Positions 38,774 to 51,639 of a stretch of 64,000 nt of DNA are shown one piece after another. Each line of letters starts with the position of its first letter. Position 1 is the stretch's first letter. The position numbers and the translations under genes are program-made. The notes under the pieces are model-generated. The model ran no database searches, was not told the DNA's origin, and saw nothing but the letters and a program-made list of their open reading frames with translations. The stretch lies in assembly GCF_031769215.1 (NCBI RefSeq), contig NW_026782623.1, positions 62,001 to 126,000 on the forward strand, in the 5' to 3' direction. The DNA is from Ylistrum balloti. Lineage: Eukaryota.

Positions 38774-41267
38774 GGCGATAGATAGTGCAGGAAACATCAG
38801 ACGGCCTTTTTATAGGCGCGATAACTTCTGATAACCCCAACCTAGGAGTAACCTTTTTGACCGATAAGCATTCCGCACACACAATAGCAAAAGTTGAATT
38901 TTAGTTATGAAAGAAAATGATGTTTTCATCAAACATGGAAACCTTCTAATGACCTTAAACACTGAATTCTAGTCTTGATTAGCAGATCCTCGATAATTTG
39001 ACAGTGTATATATATATAACGTAAAGCGATTAATTAATACTTATAGATATATAATTGTAGGGTATACAAAGAGTTATAGAACACGTGACCGGAATAATAT
39101 CGTTTAGCTCTGTGATTATTTATTATAGAGCATCAATAAGTAGTCTCGGTAATGAAGAGTTAGCATTACACATAAATTTATGTAAAACATGATTGACACG
39201 AAAAATCTAGTCACGGGAATTAGACTTATTTTTGTCAAAGTCACACCAAATTAATGTGATAAGCAAACCATAACACGACGTAATCAACCTTCTCAAATTG
39301 ACATTCTTTTGACCTTAGTAAAAGTTCGTGTTTTAATTTCATCGACGGAAAGTGGGACAGTGTATGGTAAAATTAGTTATAGAGCTGTAATGCCAGACAA
39401 AGATATGACCTCTCCGTCCGCTGGTATCAATGTGTGCGAGATTGCACGTGAACAACTCAAAACTGATCATCATGATATTGTATTTGTCGAATATATTGAA
39501 AAAAAACCAATTCTATTTGCTGGACATCTTCGATTCTCCAGGTGTTAAGATCACTTTGAACATTATTATTATTATTATTATTATCTTAACGACCCGTCAA
39601 CACATAAAAGAGCATTAGGGCCATGTCATGGCAAAATTGGAGTCACAAGCGAAATCATTTGATTGGTTCCAGGAGAAAAGAAAACAACCTGACCAATCAC
39701 AGGCTGATACGCTCCTTTAGAAGATTACAAACAAACCACTCTCATCTCCAAAGCCATTACAATGTACCGTTATGCGACCTTGAGATTCGTCTGATGTACA
39801 TCAAAGGATCAACTTAGCCTTTTAATCTTGTCCATAAGATGTTGCTCATGGAACCTTCAGTTTTGTCATGACATGTCCCTGGGTGCAGAGAGTAAAAGTG
39901 ACCGTGACCCCGTAATCCACTTCAGTTCTGACGAGAGTGTACGTTTCCTATAGATCTACCTCCTCACACCAAACTCCACGACACACTTTGTGATGTACTG
40001 ACATCATGTACCTGGAACATCTCGGACTCTATCCACTAGATGTTTTCCTGTTTCTTGATTAAAATGACGTCATATCCAACTGTCTTGCTGTGTGTAACCT
40101 AAAAGGGAGGTAATTTGGTCGAATTAAAGAATTTGAAATGAAAAAAGCGAAGACTAGGTTTTGTTTCTATGCAATTTTGACAATATTTTTGAGCTAGTAT
40201 TTTTACCAGGGTTACCTGTCTTTTCCTTTCGCAGGGAAAAACAGAAACACGCATTATGACGTTTTTCACAATAGGGTAAGCGTTATCATTTCATACACAG
40301 AAAACGTGTCGCGAATTGATAACGTCATCTATTTCTACGCACAAGTTCATGCGATATTGCTATTGATGATGGCGCGATGTTTCACAACTTCCATTTACTA
40401 ATGTTTTTTTTCTTTTAAAAGTACGAGAAAAAAATAAAACATGGAATATTCTTTGTACAGGGATATCCCAGCACCAGTGTTGAGATATCCTCGTCTACAG
40501 ACCCATAAATATTATATAAATCCTTGTATCCTCCATGTTCTTGAATTGGGCACATGTTAGATAGCAGAACAAAAAGTCTTCAACATACTTATTTATGCTC
40601 AATTATGTCTGACTTTTCTTTTAGATGAAACGAAATCCATTCCGCCTAATGACCTGAAAGTCTATAACATGATATTTGATATCGTCTGTGATTGACCAGT
40701 CAAAGCGAATCATTGTAAACTGCATTCTATCGTCAAACGCCTACCTCAGTCACCTCTTTCTTTCTTTTCCATGTTATAAAAAGTCCTAGACAATCCGGTT
40801 TCACATGAATCCACCTCTGCACCGATAACTGTCGACCACCCGCCTTCACAGAAATTCCATGTTTGTGTGGAGTTCCATCCGTATTTTCTTTCCATATCCC
40901 AGAGACATCGTTCGTTACAGAGGAGAGTGCCACAATGCGAATTGTGGTGCGCGTTTTGCCTGTAATTTCCTTGTTTGTTTGTTCGTTGTTGTTGTTGTTT
41001 TCGCTTTTGCTACCATTTCTGTTTATACAGGATATTTTGACTATCATTTTTCTATGCATCTATATCTCTATGTATAAACTGCTACATTCAATGTCTTGGA
41101 TTTTGAGATACATTCCAAAGCCTAATATGCGTTTCTATCAGGAGTCACTAATTTATCTTCAGTTTGAGCGTATCTTTCAGCTTTCACTCAAGATGTGAAA
41201 AATAATGAAGTCATTGCTTTATTGACAAGTTTAATGGATAAATAATCTTTCACACATCTACATACAT

Positions 41268-44226
41268 TCAATGACATTCACAGCTACGATAATAGCCACT
41301 ATTCGGGGTCAAACCCTCGTGGCCATCACATGAAACCTCCTCAACAGTCACTTCCGGGTTATTCCAGCCGAGACGACCAATCTGACCGCCGCCGTTCTCC
41401 AGGTCAAAATGGTAGGCGTAACCGAATGTATTGGTACCGCCAGCCCACGGCGCCGCACTTTGAGCGCACCAAGCCATGTTGGGATCCACGGCGGGGCAAA
41501 GGTTGGTCACCATGAAAACCTTCGACTGACCTTCACCTGTATAACCGCCTTGACCATCCACATACCCACCTACAACAACAAGTAAGATAAGTACATGCGA
41601 CAAGTAACCTTATCCGACTACGTAATATCCTACATTTAGCTGGATTTTAAATAAATCAATCAACCAAGCGCTCATTTACAAACTACCTGCTGTTATAATA
41701 CGCACCAAGTTAACTAGTATTACCTGTTGTGGTCACGCTCACAAACTGTCCTGTGTTATAATGTAGTACCTGTAGTGGTCACTCTCACAAACTGTCCTGT
41801 GATATAACGTTGTACCTGTATTGGTCACTCTCACAAACTGTCCTGTGTTATAATGTAGTACCTGTATTGGTCACTCTCACAAACTGTCCTGTGTTATAAT
41901 GTATTACCTGTATTGGTCACTCTCACAAACTGTCCTGTGTCATAACGTTGTACCTGTAGTGGTCACTCTCACAAACTGTCCTGTGTTATATTGTTGTACC
42001 TGTAGTAGTCACTCTCACAAACTCTCCTGTGTTCTAATTTATTACCTGTTGTGGTCACTCTCACAAACTCTCCTGTGTTCTAATTCATTACCTGTAGTAG
42101 TTAGTTTTACGCACTGCCCACACTTCGATCCACACCAAGTCTTACGGCCGGAGTCAAAATACATCTGATTGGCAGCAGCTACGTAATGATCCTGGTTCCA
42201 ACGGAAGGGCGTATCCCCATGGCCACACCCACACGCCCCTTTATGGGAGTCGTGGTACCTTGTGGTAGAGCCACACAGCTTACCGTTGTACCTACGTGGA
42301 TGTCCTGTGCATTTCTGATTTCCCTGCACACAACCTGCAAACCAAATACATGTGGTGGATGCTAAGGAATATGTGTTTATGAATGTCTATGACTTAATGA
42401 GTTTTAGTTATATTTTTGCCTTGATAAATGTACAGAAGCTGATATAGTCATTTGTTCTAGTTTCGTTCACACCAACTAAAACGATTTTGGTTTTAAAAAG
42501 AAGGTTTGAGACGTGCAGAAAGTATGTCAAGTGGGAAACTACTTGTGAAATGAGCGAAGGTATTTGGCACAGAGCTAGTAACGATGACTAATCAACATGT
42601 TTAGCTTGATAGCTTTAGCGGGCGTGGCTTTCCAAGGCCGTACACACGGAGGATTTTGAAATGTTCACGACGACAAGTAGTTATTAAATATATATATATC
42701 AACGGATTAAAAAAAACATCGTCTACTTCGTGAAATCATGTGCTTGTTGAGTGCAATCTAGATAGAGACGGGTACTAGTTGTCACAACATCCTTGCTGCG
42801 ACCTTCGGGACAGACATGCACGATTTAGAATAGAAGATTCTACGTTCTGACAGGACACTGTATTGTAGTACCGGAAGTCAAAAGGCACAGAGAAACTGTC
42901 TTGAGAAGGCAAAATATAGGAGACGTGAGGAGACTCTACTACCGGAAGTCAAAGAAATCGAGGAACTGTCCTGGAAAGCCAGAGTATAGGTGACATGAGG
43001 ACATTCTATTGTGGTACCGGAAGAGAAACAAACTGACTGCCCTGGGAAGGCAGAGTAGAGGTGACATAATACACTATTGTGGTACCTTAAGAAAAAGGGA
43101 CTGAGGAAGTGACTGACTTGGGGAGACAGGGTAGAGGAGAATTGTTGAAAAAATATGAAGAAGTTTTGGTCATTTTGCTAGAATATTACCAACATCAATG
43201 TCGGGTACCATGGCAATGCAGGGACGGGGGCGTTACTGGTGATAGGGGCGAGACAGGCGGATGACATACATAATTTGTCTCAGGGGGTGACAATTATATT
43301 ATTAGCAATAGAAAGATCTGACAAGTCAATGGACAGACCTTCCGTCGGTACAGGGAGACAAAAGTACGAGTAGAATATCAACGGATTTCGGCCCACGTAA
43401 GGCAACAATGTATACATACACATGTAAACATGGAGTAGAGTAGCCAAAAAACCAGGTTGATGGACATTATTATTGAAATATTATTTGTATAAGCGCGTGT
43501 ACATTTTATTATAAAACTGACAATATTCGGTTTACTGGGACCTTGGCACATGACTTAGATCAGATGAAAAACTACCTAGAGATGTCGACAAAAAGATCAG
43601 AAAATCGTTGTTTTTCTGATGGACCTATGACTTGGAGGTTGTGGTATACATGTTACACTTGTGAAATGATTCTTTCCCATCTTTACTGAATTTGATACAT
43701 ATCAGTAAGCAGTGAATTTCGTCCTCTGTACAATTATCGTTACATTTGGTGCACACTTGTTGAAAGCGGGGGAAAATTTGGTAACATCGCCGGCCAATTG
43801 GCCATATGGTGTAAAGATAGTTTTACTGCCATAAATTTGGTACGGGAATAATCTGAAACACGGGCACAATCTTATACTATCGCAGTAGTGGATAGTATCA
43901 TTAATTTTAGTATCTGGTGGTCTCACAGGTAACATAGATAATTAACAATAACAATGAAATACAATCAAACAAAAGGTTACCATGACAACAACGGTACACA
44001 GTATCACTCTACCTGTTTCGTCTCCCGGGTGGGCAAGACCCGCAAGACTCAACAGTAAAGAAATATCTGATGAATCCCCGACCAAGATTATCTCCTTTCG
44101 TCAGATTTACCGAACCATCAATTGATAAAACCATTTATGAGAGATGTAGCAACGAGGAGACAATTGACATCTTTGTTATCGATACTTACCAACAAGAAAC
44201 AGCACAGCGACCACGGAGACAATCAT
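41268..44226 (-). CDS. Secreted GH45 endo-beta-1,4-glucanase, copy B
   Basis: Exons 44190-44226 (MIVSVVAVLFLV), 42092-42334, 41268-41569. Exon sizes (37/243/302) and phases match copy A, with the same catalytic motifs. TATAAAA at 44256-44262. Confidence 0.9.
41720..42092 (-). repeat. 46-bp array made of the GH45-B exon-2 end plus donor
   Basis: TACCTG recurs at 41721, 41767, 41813, 41859, 41905, 41951, 41997 and 42043, and at the true donor at 42089. Confidence 0.92.
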
Positions 44227-44609
44227 GATTGCAAATCTATATAACCAGGCGGTCCTTTTATAGCTGCTTGACCACTGGTCAAGATAAAGCCATTCAGACA
44301 GTGTGACCTGTCCAGTCCCATTAATCGACGTACTGTCTACTACTAAACATATTATTTATTCAAGTGTCACATATTAATTCACAATTAAAACATCGAAGAG
44401 AATTAATATCCGGTCTAGTATTCACCTACGAGATACTTATAGATTTTTATATATGACAACCAGCATATCTTACTATATAACAATCGCCTCTACAGCAGAA
44501 ATGAAAACTAACAAAAAAAGAGAATTTTATACGAATTATCTCCAAATAATATACATGAAATAAAAAACTTTCATGTTACAACATGTTTTAGTATCAATAT
44601 TCTTATGAG

Positions 44610-46055
44610 ACATAGGTTCTTCTGTAAAATATGTACATGTAAAATACATAGGTTCTTCTGTAAAATATATACATGTAAAATACATAGGTTCTTATGTAAA
44701 ACATGTACATGTATAATATATAGGTTCTTCTGTTGATATATACATGTAAAATATATAGGTTCTTCTGTAAAATATATACATGTAAAATATATAGGTTCTT
44801 CTGTAAAATATGTACATGTAAAATATATAGGTTCTTCTGTTGATATGTACATGTAAAATATGTAGGTTCTTCTGTAAAATATGTACATGTAAAATATATA
44901 GGTTCTTCTGTAAAATATGTACATGTAAAATATATAGGTTCTTCTGTAAAATATGTACATGTAAAATATGTAGGTTCTTCTGTAAAATATGTACATGTAA
45001 AATATATAGGTTCTTCTGTAAAATATGTACATGTAAAATATATAGGTTCTTCTGTAAAATATGTACATGTAAAATATATAGGTTCTTCTGTAAAATATGT
45101 ACATGTAAAATATATAGGTTCTTCTGTTGATATGTACATGTAAAATATATAGGTTCTTCTGTAAAATATGTACATGTAAAATATATAGGTTCTTCTGTAA
45201 AATATGTACATGTAAAATATATAGGTTCTTCTGTAAAATATGTACATGTAAAATATGTAGGTTCTTCTGTAAAATATGTACATGTAAAATATATAGGTTC
45301 TTCTGTAAAATATGTACATGTAAAATATATAGGTTCTTCTGTAAAATATGTACATGTAAAATATATAGGTTCTTATGTAGATATGTACATGTAAAATATG
45401 TAGGTTCTTATGTAAAATATGTACATGTATATATATAGGTTCTTCTGTAAAATATGTACATGTAAAATATGTAGGTTCTTATGTAAAATATATACATGTA
45501 AAATATATAGGTTCTTATGTAGATATGTACATGTAAAATATGTAGGTTCTTATGTAAAATATATACATGTAAAATATATATAGGTTTTTCTGTTGATATG
45601 TACATGTAAAATATGTAGGTTCTTATGTAAAATATGTACATGTATAATATATAAGTTCTTCTGTAAAATATATACATGTAGAATATATAGGTTCTTATGT
45701 AAATATGTACATGTAAAATATATAGGTTCTTCTGTTGATATATACATGTAAAATATATAGGTTCTTCTGTTGATATATACATGTAAAATATGTAGGTTCT
45801 TATGTAAAATATGTACATGTAGAATATATAGGTTCTTATGTAAATATGTACATGTAAAATATATAGGTTCTTATGTAAATATGTGCATGTAAAATATATA
45901 GGTTCTTCTGTTGATATGTGCATGTAAAATATATAGGTTCTTCGGTTGACATGTACATGTATAATATATAGGTTCTTAAGTAAATATGTGCATGTAAAAT
46001 ATATAGGTTCTTCTGTAAAATATGTACATGTAAAATACATAGGTTCTTCTGTAAA
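44610..46055. repeat. 36-bp AT-rich minisatellite
   Basis: Unit GGTTCTTCTGTAAAATATGTACATGTAAAATATATA. Confidence 0.95.
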
Positions 46056-46250
46056 ATATTAAAAAATGAAAAAAATAGAAGCTAAATTTTAGTGTCAGTG
46101 ATATTCATAATCAATACCAGTTTATCTTCGTCGTTCATTGTACTAAAATCTACAAGCAAAATATTCATAATTTTAGAAATAACATCACAGTCTTGAGTTT
46201 ATTAAACATCACGGTCATCAGTTTTTAAACATCACAGTTACATCAGGGTC

Positions 46251-46635
46251 ACAAGAGTTCCTCGGAACTGTATGTGTCGCCTACTTAATGTGTCACGGTC
46301 ACCCAGAAATCAAACTGGTTGTCAAAACTAATCTGTACCCTTCCAACAAGAAGCCATATACCAAATTTCATTTCTATAACTCAAAGCATAACCAAAGAAA
46401 GTCCAGAAAACAATATTCCCAGAGATTATCTAAGTTCAAAGGGGCATTGCTCTGCAAAGAAGGGTCACAGACAGCCGGAAATCGAACTTAATCTGTACCC
46501 TTCCAAGAAGAAGCCATATACCATATACTCAAAGCATAAACGAAAAAAGTCCGGAAAACTTTCGTACGGACGCCGCCGACGCGTGACAACGGACAAAGTG
46601 ACCTTAAGTGTCCGCCAGCTCTGCAGGCGACACAA
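46251..46635 (+). mobile_element. Helentron/HINE-like non-autonomous element
   Basis: Begins ACAAGAG, has subterminal inverted repeats TGTGTCGCCT (46273) and AGGCGACACA (46625), an internal duplication and a GC-rich 3' hairpin. Confidence 0.6.
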
Positions 46636-49600
46636 TTACCTGTATATATTACGTGACAGATTTAAGCTAAGGAAAAAACTCTCTTTTAGGAAGATTTCAT
46701 TTGCAATGTTCATTATTTACGCAAATATTTCATATATGATCTGTTATCATCATTAACTTGGTTATAATTTAGAGATTTTACGTGGTGTGTGTTGTCTCCT
46801 GGCTTTACCTGTGTTCCTTCCTGTTCACATTTCAAAGATTTTTAGACAGTTCTACTGACAGGTCAGTTTTCCGGCGATGTTTTAATTTGAATTTTGACGT
46901 GTTGTTTTACGTTATTTTAATATATAACTAGTTCCAGTGAGTGTTTTTGGCAAATTGCTAAACTGTTTACAGAAACAAAACATTACATTCTGTTCTCATA
47001 AAGCGATAAACTGGGGGGAAATATGTGATCAAATTAATTGAAACTTTGATATACTTAAACAGTTGACTTTACATCTCGTTGCGAAATGCATTTTCTTCAT
47101 AGTATCCCTATCCCAAGACCCTTCCATGTGTATCTTTCACATGTATTGAGCGCAATATGCGTGTAATGTTTTCCCTTCACCCTAATCATTATCTTTGTTT
47201 AAGTTAATTCCTGTAACCCGGTCATACCAGAAAGTGTATTCCATCGGTAGTTCTACAGTTGTCACCTCGGCCACTGCTGGGTCAGAATGTAAAACCTCCA
47301 TATGTGATGGCTCCCACAGCTTTATCTAAGTAAACGCCACATTGTTTACTGTCTAATCCAATGAGTCCGAGTTATATAAATTAACCCTAACTCAATCTAA
47401 ATATAAAAGAAATCAGGTGGTCCAGTGGGCCCCGCGTCGCCTCCCTGGACGGAAGTCAATGTTTTTTTTACACAAATACCGGAACATTTTACACAAATCT
47501 CCTTCAAAGTCTTGGTTTTTGAGAAAAGATTGTTTGAAGGTTTTAATGAAGCTGACCCCTGTGATCTTCTATATCAATGTAAATTCTTTTCATAAACTTT
47601 GTTTGACTTCATCCTCACGACATTATCAGCCAAATATCACAATTCACAATTCTAGATCTTTTGTTTTGTTATTAGATCCCAGTGATCTTGACTATTATTC
47701 AAGGTAATTTTTTCACAAAATCTTTCTCGGATATCTCAAGATTTTATCAGTCAGACAGCATCATTTTAGATCATTGATTTAGCATAAGAAATCGTTTGAA
47801 ATTTTACAAATTTGACCAGTATCGGTCAAGGTCGATTCGTTTTGGTAACTGAAAATAATTCATTTAAAGGAAGAAGTTGAAGCAGCTCACTTTGCCCATC
47901 AGCCAGACTGGCTACAATGGCCAACATTGTGTGTATCTATAATGTTAACTTGAAAATCCACGCAGTGCTAATATAACTTGAAATATTTTAACAGTCGGTG
48001 TAGTTAAAAGGGGTGAGATTTACATTGACCGGAATGATTGCGTTTATACTGTGTGCTCTCTATGTGCTGTTTACCTGGAATAAAACAAGTACTCTGACCC
48101 ATGTGAAGCTACCTACAGCTTAACTATCGCGGGATCCTGAAAATGTCTAACAACAGTTATTACCAATAGGTTACGTATTTGATCAGGTTGTGATAAGTAG
48201 AGACCCTGAACATTAACGGTTATGTTACTATGGTAGTGGTAGTGAAGACAATCATTGAATCATTAACAGTCTGAATTTTAACAGTAAAAGGTAACAAAAT
48301 AAACAGCAATGATTTTCAATTTAGTTTCTCAGTGGCATCAGTGGAATTGGAAAAGAAGTTTCAGTTTGTAATTGAAGATGGCGGCCATATTCGATTTCCT
48401 ACCAACTCAAAAACTTCGTCGGGACCATCTCAGGATCATTTCAGTCAAGTTGAACTCAGTGGAACTTGAGAAGAAATTTGAAATAGGCGTAGTATTGGAA
48501 AACCATGACTACTCAAACATGCTACAAGATGGCCACCGTTGCTACCATGTCGAGGCTTTGAGGACACCGAAACATAACTTTTCATTGGCCTCCTGTCTTT
48601 AACACCAAAATTAGATTGTACAAGTGGAACTTAAAAAGAAGTTTCAAATGTCTTTTTCAAGATGAAGGCTACGGCGGCCATATTAGATATCAGGCTGATA
48701 AAAAATAACAACTCTTTGGTAGCATTATTGACAAGTTCCATCTAAATGATACAGGTGCAACTGGAGAAGTTCAAAAGGTAAGAAAATGTGTCACGGCGGA
48801 TAATGCAAGGCGAACGACGCTAAGTGGTTACGAAGATAAAATGAAAAAATAAACGATGATGGCTATAGGTCATCCTGATTCTTCAGGTCAGATTACTTAA
48901 AACTAACCATTAGATAGTTAAATACTTACAGTAATGTCGTGTTGGTCCGGAAAATAAAACAATATTTTTTCATTATGTTTAGAGAACTTTGTATGTGATA
49001 AACATACAATAAAAAAACACGTGTAGAAAATTGTAAAGACTAAATAAGCAATAACGGAAGAGTACATTCAAAAAACTGTTATTTCTGAACAAACAAACAT
49101 AGCGCAAAATTACTGCGTTTGAGTACGATAGAAAGGCAGTAGTGGGTTTTCCGCTTCGTTTTCCTTTTGCTATTATCAGACACTTTTAAAGATATTCGAA
49201 ACATGTGCAAGATCTCGCCGCCGACGTTTGTCAGTTAGTCAGTTCGATAGATAAACTGTTCAAATCACACCTACATACGAATTTTTATGGGCACGATAAG
49301 GAATTGTCCTCACTTAACACACCATCATTTAAGCTCTTGTTTCAGACATTCCAGAAGGCAATGAGAGGACAATTCAAAGTTGGATACTTAAATATTTCAC
49401 TGAAAAAGCTATCAAAAGTATAAGGTCTTCCGTTGTAAGCCTATATTTTTGTACTTAATAGCGTGATACTGTACCATATACATTGTCTTCATATGTAAAT
49501 TAAATAAATATCGTTTGCATTTGTATTCAAATCAAATTTCCAAGTGTCTTTCACACATCAGCATTGTTGAGGGTTCAATTCAATTAAATATCACACATGT

Positions 49601-50399
49601 AGGTATGTTTTAGGATTAGAAACTGTATCCAAGGACGTCTGGTATTGATTTAATACATGTATTATCATATTTGTGAAGTGTAGGTGCAATTTATACTTGT
49701 CCGTGTATTTACGCGTGTTGCACGTGTGTGTGTGTGTGCATTTGTGCGAATATGAAATCCTTTTTTTTCCAATGCTGTATGGAATGTTGCTATGTCTAAT
49801 AATTGCTGGAAAATACACAATGAAAAGGATTAACCAAGTCGGTTTTCTTTCTGTGGTGGCACGACAGTGATTAAATGTTCTGTGAAAATGAGCCGAGAAT
49901 ATATGCAACCAAATTTTAGACGTAATGCGTGCCTGTAAATATGCATATGTGAGATTCTTATTTGGAAAATGTGTGTTTATGTTATATTTTTTCCATTTTT
50001 ACAGTTAAAATTCTATGTCAGTGTTAAAACTGTATATAGTGACATGCAGATCATTTCACATATCGAACCGTGATAAATTTTGCTTTAATTGTCATTATCA
50101 TTAAGATGACTAAAATAGATTTTAGAATCCAAAGTTCTTTTTTAAATATATTTTATTAATTCTTAATCTTTTTTAAATAAAAACCAAACAACATGATCAT
50201 GTTGGGTTCAAGACATTTTGTGAACAGGAATTAAGCTCATCACATGTAAAATATAGAAAAGTAGGCATGACCTCTTGTGTAGACTTTGGCGTCAGATATA
50301 GGTATGTACAAATGTAGGATGTGTCTCCCCTGTCTCCACACACTATCTGTGTAGTATGTCCTTACCAACTCTTGTGTAATAGTCAGGCTCTCGACATCC

Positions 50400-51220
50400 T
50401 TAGAGTATGTAGGCAAGTCTTCTCCATCCCTAAAGTATGTAGCCAAGTCTTCTCCATCCATAGAGTATGTAGCCAAGTCTTCTCCATCCTTAGAGTATGT
50501 AGCCAAGTCTTCACCATCCCTAAAGTATGTAGCCAAGTCCTCTCCATCCCTAAAGTATGTAGCCAAGTCCTCTCCATCCCTAAAGTATGTAGCCAAGTCC
50601 TCTCCATCCCTTGAGTATGAAGCCCTTTGATCAACTTCCTGTGTGAAGCCCTTTCCATACCTTGGGTATGTAGCCCTCTGACAAACTTCCTGTGTGTGGT
50701 CCTCTCCATCCCTTGAGTAAGTAGCCCTCTGACCAACTTCCTGTGTGTGGTCCTCTCCATCCCTTGAGTAAGTAGCCCTCTGACCAACTTCCTGTGTGTG
50801 GTCCTCTCCATCCCATGGTATTCATATCCGCCCTTGATTATGGAGTCCTCGTCCACCATCGTATATGTAATTCGTTTACCTCGATGAAGTAGCCCTTGCC
50901 CATTATAGTGTTAACGCTTGTAAGCATCTTCCACCCTCGTGTATGTATCTCTCGCCCACTATATTGTTAACGTTTGTAAGCCTCGTCCGCCCTCGTGTAT
51001 GTATCCCTCGTCTACTATAGTGTTAACGTTTGTAAACCTCGTCCGCCCTCGTGTATGTATCCCTCGTCTACTATAGTGTTAACCTTTGTAAGCCTCGTCC
51101 ACTATAGTGTTAACATTTATAAGCCTCGTCCGTCCTCTTGTATGTATCCGTCGCTCTCTATAGTGTTAACCTTTGTAAGTCTCGTCCACCCTCGTGTGTG
51201 TATCCCTCGTGCAATATAGT
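50400..51220. repeat. Adjacent 30-bp, 51-bp and about 56-bp minisatellites
   Basis: The 30-bp and 51-bp units share the TCTCCATCCCT...GTAGCC core. A separate unit of about 56 bp occupies 50900-51220. Confidence 0.85.
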
Positions 51221-51480
51221 GGTAACGCTCTTGTTAATGATGTCCTGGATTGATCCCTGTCTGAAAATTAAATTACGGAATTGAATAGAGTTTTATAAAT
51301 TGTGTCTCTTGGAGAGTCGGATTTTAGAGACCCTCAGTTTCAAACAGGGAGATAAGCCAGTGTAAAAACTTAGGGGCTTGAAGCCGATCATATGTACTCT
51401 TGCCCACCCTAATTTTATGTTTCCCCGTCCTTTCGCAAGGCCCACCGTCAGACATGAGAAATGTGACATATGTTCTGACT

Positions 51481-51639
51481 CGGAAGTGAAATCTGATGTG
51501 GATATTAACGCGTGTTTCTCGGTGAGAATCCAGCCAATCAGTGACGCGAAACTCCTCCATCCCCTCCCTCTCATCCAGCCGCTGAAACATTGGTATCATT
51601 GTTGTCTGTGTCTACTACGATTCCTGCTGTTTCTAAAAG
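51481..51639 (+). promoter_or_regulatory. Putative Dmrt2 promoter and non-coding first exon
   Basis: ETS-like CGGAAGT at 51481, CCAAT at 51534, strong donor AAAAG|GTAAGC at 51639/51640. The matching acceptor is at 54234, just before the ATG. Confidence 0.45.

Noticed and set aside
39309-41198. Non-repetitive ORFs between the GH45 genes (39309-39548 plus; 40733-41059 minus; 40863-41198 plus)
   Set aside because: No recognisable motif, non-ATG starts or weak splice signals, and no consistent exon chain.
15606-42092. Donor arrays as evidence of intron gain by tandem duplication of an AG|GT site
   Set aside because: The GH45 intron is at the same position in both paralogues and has a normal separate acceptor, and the PARS2 intron has its own acceptor. 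The arrays expanded existing introns rather than creating them.
42860-43140. Degenerate repeat of about 75 bp with ACCGGAAG(T) ETS-like sites in GH45-B intron 1
   Set aside because: The motif recurs because the segment is duplicated; there is no independent evidence of enhancer function.
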